Below are positions 24,076-53,200 of a DNA stretch of 64,000 nt, in pieces. Location of the stretch: positions 572,102 through 636,101 of the forward strand of contig NMRA01000079.1 in NCBI GenBank assembly GCA_002633005.1. The letters are read 5' to 3'. This DNA comes from Phoronis australis (taxonomy: Eukaryota > Animalia > Phoronida). Made by a program: the position numbers and the translations under genes. A model generated the notes under the pieces. That model made no database searches and was not told the origin of the DNA. It saw only the letters and a program-made list of their open reading frames with translations. Numbering within the stretch: position 1 is the stretch's first letter; each line of letters starts with the position of its first letter.

Positions 24076-24895
24076 GCTAACCTGACACGCTTGAGTGATT
24101 TTCAGAAACTAAAATATTTTCAGCGTTCGTACGGACGCACATGTTGGCAACGAGGCTGTGGACATAAAATCCACTGACCAATAAAGAGATTCGACGAGGC
24201 CACGTGGTATTCATTTTTTGTTAAAAAGTACAAAAAACAAAGAAAAAAAGAAAAAAAAAACAAAAAAATCAACCTATGGCTCAGATGCAAAAAAGGGTTT
24301 GATGATGAAGTGAGAAGCACTGACCTTGGATTGAAAGCTTTATTAAACTTGATAGTGAAGTATGATGCCGAAAAAAGACCGTTATAAAATATAGGCCCAG
24401 GCTATAGCCTACCTGCAGTCTCTCACAGGGGAAGGCAGACAACGCATTGTACAAGCGAAGCACGGGATCACATCGGCTTCCCTGGCGAGTTTTTTCCATC
24501 TGCGGAACCCTGAATCTTGACATCAGCACAGGGCTGTAGATCACGCTAGTCCAAAAAAATTTGTGATACACCAATGCTGCAGATTACGACTCCGAAAACT
24601 AAACCGATCAGCGCCATCTTCAGGCTTGGGGACGAGTCTGTGACTAGCAGACCTCGATTGAGCGCCAGGTAGCGGGAAATATTTTATTGCACGAAGCTAC
24701 CATTAAGCCTTTCTAAACAAATTAATTTATTTATGTAGTCTAAGAATAAAACTCTGAATGTGTCAGACTGTAAATTTTAATTCATTGCTTTGCCTTCTCA
24801 CCGAAACATCTAAAAGTGAGTTGTTTATTTGGGAGGCATAATGCATGCTGGGATTGAACGTCCATCTTTGAAATTCCCTCACGACCGTCAACAAA
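24076..24895. promoter_or_regulatory. Divergent (head-to-head) promoter region between FABP2 and KATNAL2
   Basis: The ATGs are ~820 bp apart on opposite strands. The region contains a YY1-type AAGATGGCG (minus, 24612-24620) and the conserved E-box at 24196-24206. Confidence 0.6.
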
Positions 24896-41386
<16,491 letters not shown>

Positions 41387-43792
41387 CAGACGTGTTTGAG
41401 AACTTGTAGCAGACGTGGTTTTGGGGGAGGGGAGGCTAAGGAAGTTTTCCACAACTTTAGCAAAATCTCACTCATTATGATCTTTGGCCTGAGTTACATG
41501 AGGCTTTGAGAGAATGTTTTCTTAGAAATTTTTGCAGCGTATTGGTTAAGAGCGACTATCGATTTGGAAGTCTCCGCTGCCTAGAAATGTGTACACTAGT
41601 CACGACATGTAGTTTCAGAATAAGCTGGAACGACTTTGGCTGAAGACAGACAAACTTTTGCATGCTAGGAGGTGCTTCATGTCGGATGTATTTTGCTAGG
41701 AGGTGAAAATCGGCTGTTGTGAAAAAAATTACTAGACAGAGACGTATTTTGCCATAAACTCTGTTGGTCAGAGTGGGCGAACACATTACGGGTTCTGGTG
41801 ATTTGGCCAGAATGAAAATGTATGCTTCTCATAGTGAAATGAGAATTGAGCCCTATTTCCGCACATCAAAACTCTGTCTAAGTTGGGTGGTTCCTATATT
41901 ATATTGAAAACTACTCTATTGGAAATGCCTCGCGTATTAGGCGTTATTCAAATCAAACGTATAGCGTGACTATATCGCCAGTATTTCACCGTTGTCGTCA
42001 GTGTTTTAGCAATGCACCTGTTAAGACTGACTCACTGTGTCTTCAATGTTATTGTAAAACTGTGGATTAAGTAATTAAGCAATTATAAAGTATGACATTT
42101 GATTGTTATAACACATGGTAGAGAACCAGATGCATTGGTTTACTGTCGGTGATGTCATCTTATTTATTCACTTGGGGTTATGTAGTACCTTTGAAAAATG
42201 TCCAAATTTAGCTAACTGCGAAACGTTATATCTCAGAAATGGTTGATCGGATTCCATATTTGAAACTTTCAGTTACTGTGCTTTAGCGTTTGTTAGAAAT
42301 TGTTCTTAAAATGTTCCACTTTTGCACGAAGGGAAATCTCAAAAGTTGCCTATTTTAGAAAACTGTATCGGCGTTTTTGACTTTTAAATCATTCAAATGA
42401 AATTTGGTTATTGTTTTTGATACTATTGGTTGCCATCGGTGTACACTTTTCCCTTTTTTTTACTAGAAATGATCAAATTTATGGCAGTTTTGGTATTCTG
42501 TTAAAAATGAAATTTTACAGGCTTTCTACTTTTAGAAAATATATTTTTAACCAATTTCAGAATATACAGTAATGCACAGACTTATTGAGAAGGTTCTACA
42601 TACCCTTAAGACCCTTTCACACTCTGATAGTTCTCAGTGCCATCTTCAGTGAGAGACCCAGTCTGAGTTGAAACTTGCCAACCAGGCATTGTTCAATCGG
42701 AGTAAAAACCTCTGGGGCAGTGTTGCATATGAGGCATGAAATCGGCCAAAATTTTCTATTTCCGTCACACGTTTTGCCATGATGTTGAAATGGGCTTGGT
42801 CATTCTGAGAACAATCGTGGTGTGATGGTGCCTTTACCCATGGCTTTATAGATCTTAGGTTTTGTCACAATTGCTCAAGTAGCTGTACATGGTAACCCAG
42901 TTTAGTTATGAGGTGTCGTGGTTATAGACGGGTTTGTGGTTAGTCTAGACCCATTTTGCCAATCAATTGTAACAATGTGTGTTCACAGTTGTCTTTACTG
43001 CACTAAGGACAGTTCGTTAGACTTGTTTAAGTCTTGGAGGGACTGGAGATGGAGCATCCCGAAAACATAAATTAATTAAAAATGGAATGTTTTCAAGAAG
43101 ACATCTAAAGTCTGAGATTGTAATATCTAAACTATTGCTCAATTTTTTAATCACATTCCAAGCATAATTCCCATTTTTGAGATAGCATATAGTAACTAGA
43201 AGTGATGTTGTTGTGGCAGAACTCTTGGAAGGTTTTGTGTGCAGCAAAGACTTTCCGATTCCCATTTCCAAAATGGGAGTTGGGCATTTCCATTAAAAAA
43301 ACATTCCGTCCTCCTTACGGCCTAAACATGGAAATCGTGAAATCAGTTGGTTAAGTAAAGAATAACGGAAATTAGTCCCAAAATTACCATGTCATGATGA
43401 AGATGGTTTCTGTTGTCAAAAGGAATAGGAAATTTGAAATCTTTAGTGAATGATATGAAACAGNCTCATGGCGTTTTAAATTTACTCACTTTTTTCTCCA
43501 AGTGACCATTTTCTGTTGGGTATGGAAAGCTTTCAGATGAACTTTTGTGTTGAGTAGCCTAGCTGTTTTATGATTTCCATTTTATGAGCCAGGCAATGAG
43601 GAAATGCCCCTTTAAAGATGTATTAAAAATGGTTAGAACTCGTTGGGTCAGTGTATGAATGTGTTTGTTGTGTGGATGTTTATGTATTGGTGTGCATGTG
43701 CTAATGAATGCACGCATGTGTCTGAATGGTGATCAGGGCTGTGATATCTAATAAGAATTACCCCTAAGGGGTCGCTGTGCAAATTTTGTAAC

Positions 43793-43798
43793 AATAAA
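43793..43798 (+). terminator. Candidate KATNAL2 polyadenylation signal
   Basis: AATAAA followed by a GT-rich downstream stretch (ggtgttgtatttgtgg). Would imply a ~2.4-kb 3' UTR. Confidence 0.4.
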
Positions 43799-46700
43799 TT
43801 TATGATTCTTGCACCAGGTGTTGTATTTGTGGCAGAGTGTGGTATGCAAGAACAGGCCTGGTTTTTTACGTTGTCACCTTATTTTGAGCCATCCAGAAAA
43901 GCCAACAGCGTTCTACAAAACATTCTTTCCGACAGCTGAATCTGGAAATTGAATGAAGTGGAAATTTCACTCAAGGCCTATGAATGGGTCTAAGAAGTAT
44001 CTGATTCAATTTTTGTTGTTGCTTACACTTTTGAAGTCAACCGAACTCCTCTTAATTGGGATAAGGAATGTTGGCTTTATGTGACACATCGTTTTCTCAG
44101 AACAAGTCCCTATACTAGGTCCATTTTTATGCAAAATGTCCACTCGTAAATAATGCTAAAAGATTGAGACTTTTTTGCCACGTTTGTCATCGAAAGTGCT
44201 TGGCTAAGTTGTAGTAAAAAATTGGTCCAATATTGTTGCTGATTACCAGAAGAAAAATCTAAAAAGTGGTTTGTTGTACACTTCCAAACACAAGGTCCCA
44301 GGGTTCAACTTTCCAAAATGATGTCTACATTTAGTGATACCCAAATTTGAACAAAGATCATATCAAACTTATGCCTATCTGTTCAAAGTTCATCGTGTGC
44401 TGACAGTTGTATTATTATATAAAATTTTAAAACGTTCAAGTGAATTCGTCTTGCTTAGTCTTGTTGAAATTTTTGATAAAACAATATTTTACCGTTCTGC
44501 CATTTTGCATTCTAATTTGATGAAGCTTTACTGTACTTCACTTCATGGGGCCCACAAAATGAGATGTTCTTCAAAAATTAACATGACGAGGAACGATCAT
44601 AGTATTCTGGAGGAATTTGGCTGTCCTGCAAAATACATCATGACTGAATGAGAAGCTGAACAGATTGGTTTCATTTTTTAATTCCATTTCATCAACAAAA
44701 TTATGCCCATGGTATGTCACATCACTTAATAATTAAGTATTACGTTTTTTCTCGTCTCAATTGGCAAAAAGTCACCGAGCCTCTAAAGGACACTATTCAG
44801 AATTAGACTGCTGTCAGTCAAAATGCGGTGACCCTATTTTGACAAAATCATCAACAAGTTTGACTTTTACAACCATATTAAAAATACAAGACTGTCAAGC
44901 CATTAACGAATTTATTCACCGTCACTGTTAATTTACTCTTGCACCATGCACACTTCAAGCAATCAATGACCTAAGTACAACAGGACCTTATTGCACAGCA
45001 AAAACATGACAAGGAGCACTGAGTCGACCTACGGGCCAATTATAGTTAATTTTGTTGTTCCATTATTCAAAGTTGCTACTATGAGGCAAGTATTTTCTCA
45101 AAAACAATGTTCATGATGACTGCTCAAAACAAACACCAATTCAAATCACAGATCTAATGTTGTAGGTAGATGAATAGCTTAAAAAGTCACCATTACGGCA
45201 AACAGTGAGAAAAATGGTGAGATGACACCAAACATAAATACCCCATTTTATGATTAGAATTTAACAAATGATTGCTGAAGTAATTCACAAAATGGGACAT
45301 TACTTCATTAGTAAGCATTACACAAAACAGCACACCATGAAAAAGAAGCTGCACAGGTATGAAAAATGACAAGCATGGCAGGTAACACAGCAAAGACACC
45401 AAGCATTCAAATGCCTGGTGGACCTTGCTGACACCTTGCAAGGAGTAGACTGAGTACAACCAGCGTGAAAACTTGATCACATGGTCATACACAAATCGCT
45501 TACTAATTAGTATTCCTTGATAATACTCAGCTAACTCAGTACAATCTTACAACAAACCATTTTGGCTTGGACAGGGTAACTAGTCCTCAAAGTGGCTTAG
45601 AATTTTAGTAATTGGAAATCTCCCGTATACTTCACACACAATAGGCCTTTTGAAATTGACATGTAAGTCCAGTGAAAGTAGTTCTTAGTGAACCCTGCTC
45701 TTAGTCATACAGTTTACCTGACGTGTAAGTAAAGGCAGCTTAACAAGGGACTCATAGTCCTGTCTGAGTTATAATATTAACTGTTTTATTATCCTCTACG
45801 GTTTGGAATAGCCGAGCCCAGAATGTACTGTGACCCCTTGAACGTGCCTAACAAAGTCAATGGCTTATCAATTTGATCTCAAGTAAGTATGACAAATAAA
45901 AAAGTAAAAAAAAACACCAAAAACCGATAAATATGATTGTTAACACTCAGTTATAATTTTATAACATTAAGACAATGCTGGATAAGTTCGTTCAAGCAAT
46001 GGCAAAGTAACATTTAGAAAAAGTAATGTTTTTCAAAAAACAAAATGAAAAAATATTTTCTACCATTTTAGCATGAATGCAGAATTTGTGAGGGTTATGA
46101 AACAGAGACAGACCTATAGTCATGTCACTCTTATTTAGACATAAAAGATCATGCCCTTTAAATTTCACAAAACAACCCTTTTAATAATAACAATTATAGA
46201 GTTGTAACAAATCAAATCTTCACAGAACACCAAAACGTGAATTTCACCTCACACATACATGTACATTACAGTTCAGTTTGAAATTACATACGCTCAATGT
46301 TGCAACAGAAAGAAGGAAACACACCCTTCTCTGAAGCCTGTCACTAGCGAAGTGCCCGACACATACAGTCGCGCCTGCATGCCCACGTAACAAAGGCGCA
46401 CTGAGACGCAAAAAATACATTAGCATAAGAATAAATGAACAATAACAACTAAATAAGCATAACAATAAACGTACAGTTACTAAAGTCTCCTCACAGGCTC
46501 TCGAGTAAATAAAGTAACAAATAAATTTCTAGTCCATTGTGCCAATCAGAGTGAATTCTGCTCTTGATGACACAAAAATAAAGAATAATATTAAAAGTTT
46601 AATACGTTATTTGCTGGATAACTTTGGATTGTTGCATGGCGTGAACAGCATTGTTCAGTAATGGCCTTCTACAGCGTTACCCTGTAATGTCATTGTTATC

Positions 46701-46892
46701 CAGCATGAATTCAATTTAGCATACCACTTGATCGTCTCACAAGATCCTTGGTCAATATTGACCAAGACAGTTGTAAGAGAATGAAATCATGTTTTGCTAG
46801 AGAAGTAATGGTTCTTACCTTGTTACCATACAACACATCCTTGGCTGGGAAGTAACTATTGTAATGAAAACTGCATTTTTCATACCGTTTGA

Positions 46893-47145
46893 GACAAAGT
46901 AGTCCCATGACAAAGTAGTCCTGTCATGTCAAAGTGGTACTGAAACAAACTTGTCTAACAACAAACTAGTCGTATGACAAAACAGTTCTACAACAAAGTA
47001 GTCCCATGGCAAAATAATTTTATGACAAATTTGTCCAATGATAAAATATTCCTACAATAAAGTAATTCCATGGCAAAAGTAGTCCTACAACAAAGTGGTC
47101 CCATTGTAAAGTAGTTCAGAATCTATAACAGAGTAGTCCTCAGGA
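46893..47145. repeat. Degenerate ~21-bp tandem array (ACAAAGTAGTCC core) in the myosin 3' UTR
   Basis: Repeated caaagtagtcc(c/t)(a/g)-like units. Confidence 0.7.
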
Positions 47146-47200
47146 CAACAGAGGCACCACCTCATACGACTGCATCTTGGATTTTTCAAACAGTTTTCAC

Positions 47201-50200
47201 TCAGTGGCGCGGTAGTCGAGTGCGCACAGTTGACAACTTTTTCTTAGTGTACTCCACATTCTGTTCAACCTGAAGAATAAGTAGGTCAAAGGTCAACATT
47301 ACGAAACAAGTTGCATCATCAGACTGCAAAACAAAGCTGTCGGTCGATCCTGTAAAAAAGAGCACAACATGCAATAGCTTCTTCAAATTTCCGTTCTAAG
47401 GCCACGACTGTACGTTTGACCGAGTCTAATCTGACTGAAATTTAGGGAATTTTACAGCAAAGCAATTCGGCTATTGTCTGAAAACTAATGTCTTACAAAT
47501 AATCTTCAGTTTCTCTACGGAGTTTTGCCTCTTATATTCGGCTTGAAACAATGGAAGAACTTGGAAGAAATGTAGGTACTCATTTTTTCAACTCTTAATC
47601 CGTCTGCACGAAAGATGTTCATGTTCAAGGCATACATGTACATGTACCTGATTACGTATTAGATGAGTGTAGGCATCTTGCTCCCTGGAGGTCAACTGGC
47701 CTGCCACCGACGGCTGTTTGTAGTTACGGTCAGGCACAGAGGGTCCTCCGGGGTGAATGGCCTATGACAAAAAAATGCATTCACGTAGTACAGGAGACTC
47801 CGAAACACATTGGATGAAATGACCAAGAATTCCCTGCCGTGATGGCAAAAAGCAAGCCGAATTCACCAACAGGTTAAAGGAGTAGAATGAACACATTACA
47901 GCGTTTCCCGTTGCTCCCAACTTGTTCGATTCTATAGCCCAACAACAAGTTGGGAAGTTTACCCCTGTAGCCAATATCTTACATGACTGATTAACTCCAT
48001 TCTGGCAATTATGGTTGGAGTGCCAGCTCTCTTTTGTTTGATAACTGCTCTAATCTCCAATAAGATCATAGCTACCCTGACTGTGCTGTGCTGTTAAAAA
48101 TGAAAGTTAGTGTATATCTGAACATAAACCAATAGCATTTCTGAAATCTTCATCAAGTGGTGATCATGTTTAGTTTTTGAATCGCAAAAATCGCCCAACT
48201 GCAACCAAAGTTACGACAATATATTCTTTCCGAATACAGCACATGACAGCGACATCCCGTTGCTCCCAACTTGTTCCATTCTATAGCCCAAAAACTAGTT
48301 GGGAAGTTTACCCCCAAAGTAGCCAATATCTTACACGACTGATTAACTTCATTCTTGCATGTGCTCTTTTGTTCGATAATTGCTCTAATCTCCAATCAGA
48401 TCGTATCTAGCCTTACTGGGCTGGGCTTATAGAAGTGAAAGTTAAGTTATAACATATTTGAGCTTAAACCAATAGCATTTCTGAATTCCTCGTCAAATGC
48501 TGAACATGTTTCGTTTGTGAGTCACCAAAATCGCCCAACTTACAGAAGTTACGACAATCTATTCTGTTCAAACGGATTACCAACGCACTGGGTTTGACTG
48601 TGTTCATATGCGTTCGGTAATAGTGTGCAAGCACCATAAGTTTCCTTTGAAGCCTGGGAGATATTTGGCATGCTTGTTATCATACTGGACAAAAGTCTGA
48701 GCTGGGCAGTTAACAAAAGAGCCAGATGTTATCGCACCTTCAGCACCCCTCACATCTGGAAAAGTTACTGAACGACAAAACGCTGTAATGAATTCACTCT
48801 GGATTTGACTATCTTCACATGTGGCCTGTAATAAACCTGGTGGATAATTGGCCTGCCTGTTGTCATAACAGACTAAAGACAGTGCTTGGCAGTTAACAAA
48901 GAGGCGAGATGTTATCACACGCTCAGAACCCCCTACGTCTGGTTAAGTCACTGAACGGGAAAACGCTGTCATGGACAAGGCATGGGGAATTACTAACCGT
49001 TATGACAGCAAATGAATTTTAATCTGATTACATTTGGCGTGTACTGTACATAAATACAACATTCTGTTCTCAGTTTCTGAATTTAATCAACAATTTCATC
49101 CTTTAAGTTCAAAGTAACAATGGCATCATTTTTATTTTAATAAAACAAATTGCTTATTACTCATATTATTGATGAACTCGTCATCCACCTAAAAAACAAT
49201 ACTGACATCACTTACTGCGGTTTCAAGGCTTGGAAAGAACTGACAGACTGCTGGAGGTTTTACGAGACGGTTTGTCATGGTGTGTCATTTTATGCAGTAA
49301 GTAGACAAAAAAGTCAAAAAGCAAAATTTGGACAGAACAAGAGTTCATAGCCACATTTAGCTATCATACAATCAGATTTACCACAAAAAGTTTAATAACA
49401 CCCATTAATATGCTGTAACACCCAAAAAATGATATGATTCCATTTGTCGTACTAACAAAAGACTGGGTGGGAATAGATGGTCAACGAAACATCTGACTTC
49501 ACCATGGCTTTCATAATAAAAGTAAGTAAAATGACTATCATAATGATAAAGCCAAGAAAGGGACGGATGAATGAACACAGTTTCAACTTACCATGTACTG
49601 GGGGTCGAGATAGGACGCTCTGTCACCTACGCTGGCATACATCTGTGAAAAATGAACGAAACTGCATTTGACAGCAATTCGCAAAAACACGGAATCAAAC
49701 CCACTACACACTCAGTAGCAGCCGAAAGCTTAGCAATAGTCGGCTACAATGTGCCCACAATTTGAGAACCAGTTTGATGCCCGATATGAGTGGAGAAAAC
49801 TGGTTCTCAAAATGCGAGGACAACTATTTCCAAATGCTCTAATACTGACCCAAATCCGATGCTTTAAATAGCAGAGTATCTGAAGCATGTCTAAATGATA
49901 AAGACAATGACTTTGATTTCAGCTTATGTCTGACAGATAAGGGTAAGATTTGGCAATTTGTAATAAAACCACGATGAGAAAACACAGTGCAAAATTCAAC
50001 AGACTATGATGATGATAATTTATGAGTAATTGCGACCTTTCCTTATTAACAAGTGACAACCAAATTTTACAAGAAACAGGCTTGCCGACTGTGTAATGGA
50101 ACTTAAGGTTACGTAAGTTTTGGAAGAACTTTTTGCAGTCTAGTTACGGGAAACAACTTCGTCCACATGTAATGATCTATGCACAGTGAACAATTGATGA

Positions 50201-53200
50201 TCCTTAAAGTAGTCAGTACCCAAGATAAGGACAATCTAAAGAACAAAATACCCGTGGCTTTAAAGTATTAGTTCTGGTCTGTGTTTTCTTTGTCAGCTGA
50301 ACCATTGCCAAGCCTAGGTACGTTTATTTTGCTTTTGAAAAAAGAACTTTTAAAATGTGAGCGGTGCGAGAGGGAGTGAGACGCAGCTTTCATAATGAGT
50401 CGAGCGCAGATTGATACCAATTATGCTATTTTTGGCCTAATATTTTGATTCTGCTGAATAACTTTTCAAAAGTAAGAAACAAAGCATAAAGTTACGAGGA
50501 AGGTCACTGGTAATGTGCTAATGCACACAACATCAAGGCTGGTGCCAAACACTCACCCCAGAGTCAGAGCTCTCCTCCACCTCAAAGTAAAGGTCGTCAG
50601 AGACCACTAGCTCACCATAGTCACATTCACCTGTTGCCTGGCCACACGGTTCAGTAAGCAGGCCAGCATAGTTGGAGATTGGTGTCTGAAGGAGCAGACA
50701 AATGACACGATTAGACGTAGTAATTCCAGGCAAAAACTGCCCAATTTTAACTGTTAATTTCATCTAACGAACGTTAATAGACGAATACAAGTGCCTGGTC
50801 GCAAATCAAAAAGATAGTATTATGTGAAACCATCTATCAATCTTCGCACGTTGACCATATTCAGTATTAAGTTGATGGTTGGAACACCTTAATCTTGCCA
50901 TCGAGCTAATAAAAATATGTGGTAATGGTAGCGGCAAATACATTTCACATTTCTACGCAGGAGACTTAAAAAAATAGGTATCACACCTTGAGCTGTTATG
51001 TACACTAATTGTTTGTCGTTCTTGTAGATTATGGTACAAGTTCCTCACAGCCCACACATTGATGAAGCAACAAAATACAAAGACATGCCTTTTGTAACTA
51101 CATTTTCACCAAATACACCATGTTTTGTCTCCTAGCTTCACCTAGGGAAAATAACATTTCACACACAGCTTTGTAGAATCTTGGTCTGGATAACTTAATT
51201 AACGAGACCCAATATTTCACAGAGCCATCATCACAAAACATCCAAAAAATAAGTTATTCTCCCCAAACAGATGTTCACATGACAAGCTATTTGCCTCTAG
51301 CATACAGTAATCCCACCTTTTGGTGATAAGCGACAAGTGCACTCAGATCTTTGTGTACTTTTGGTTCACCAACGATCACGTACTTCCCGCTGCGCGTCTG
51401 GTCGATCATATAGTGGCGACACCTGTCTTCAACCCTGGAAAAAATAAATATTGCCAGCAAATTAGTTTCACGCTTACTTTTTTGACGACAAATAATGTAA
51501 ACAAGTGTCTTCTGATTTACATAATATATAATTTATCAAAAAAAGGTAAAGAATGGTCTTATTTATTTGATAAATTTCTCTGTATCATTTAGCAGTCTGC
51601 GAGTGATTGTTATTCATAGAGATAACATTTCCTCTGGCAATTGAGAGATCAACCTTTTAGGCAATTGGTAATTGTTGCCAAATTGACACAACTCCCTTAC
51701 CTTCCTAGCTCAATTCTTTGCTCGGTACCTGAGCCACTTCGATAACTACTGCATTTACAATACGATAAAAGACTACTCAGCAAATTTTTGTTTTAGAGCT
51801 ACAGCCAATCAAAGAAATTATAAAATTCAATCATTCTAGCTATTGCCTATGAGCGGAACAACAGACATGTCATAATCCAGTACTATAACAGATATGACAT
51901 AAATTAACATTATACTAACACTCTGAGCTAATTCTGAATGAGAGACATGCCACGATCCAACATACTGAGCTACATACCTGAATGAGAGAGAATAGCCAAA
52001 ACGACTTTCACTGACTCGAATAAGGAAGCAGCCAATTGGCTTAGTATGGAGTAGGAGTTCAGCCTCTCTGAAACATTAAAAAATTCAGGGGCTGATTTCT
52101 ACGTTCGAGTTGACCTTATACTTTTGTAAACCTGGTGGAAAAAGGAGGCTACACTGAATAAATGTCATAGGTGTGTGTCTGTCTGTACAACATGTTTTTG
52201 TTTTTAACACATAATTTATATTTTCAAATTGATGAACTAATAATATTTGTGAAATTAAGATTAAAAAATTAAATTGAACATTGTTGAATCAGAATCAACA
52301 TGCAACATGCACTGTGATTATGTTAAAGTCTCACAAATTTACGACACAATATAGCCGACAAGTGAAGTAAATTTATTTTCCCTTTTCTTATACAATATAA
52401 TGCACCATAAGATCTAACATCACACAAAGTTTCGAGAATTTCTGGGCACTCACAACAATATAACGAGACCTCGAAACACCAGAGAAGGGCAATTTGGCTA
52501 TTACTTTTGTCAGAAATTAGTGAGAATTTACTATAGGCAGTGTGACTTAAAGAAGTATTCTGTGATAGGAATACACCAGTGATGCTGTAATTCCTTCAAA
52601 ATGCAAGCGCCGTCTAAAAGGTATTTTACGAAACCAAGATCTGCCCTAAGAGGCATTTGCCAACAACTGATTATGCCAGAATCTGACATTGTGTGGTAGG
52701 CTATGATGGGCCATTGGAGGAAAGTGTCGCCGGAAAAATACAAGCGTAATTGTGTACATTACGCTGTTAATTACGCCGTAAAATTACGAGCGTAATTGAA
52801 TTCTTTACGGCGTAAAATTACTTTTAGCCAATGACGTTGGGTTTTACAATCTACGATCGCGCGCGCTCATGGACTGATGGATTTCATGGCTACGATACGA
52901 GCGCTGAATCATGGCGGATCAAATCGCTGCTGCCATGTCAGCGATTGTGCAAGAACGAGCTGCCTAGCAACAGTCGTGTATGTTAGGTCATCACCGATTG
53001 GTTTAAATTTAAAACGTTCTTAAGGTATTTTACGAGAGTGTAATTTACGGCGACATTTCCACCATTTCATTTACGGGCGTAATTTTACTGCAACACTTTT
53101 CCCCATTTAATTTATGAGCGTAATTGTACGGCGACACTTTCCCCTCAACGGCCCACCATAGTAGACAGTTGGCTAGTAGTAATACATCCTAGGGCTATAC

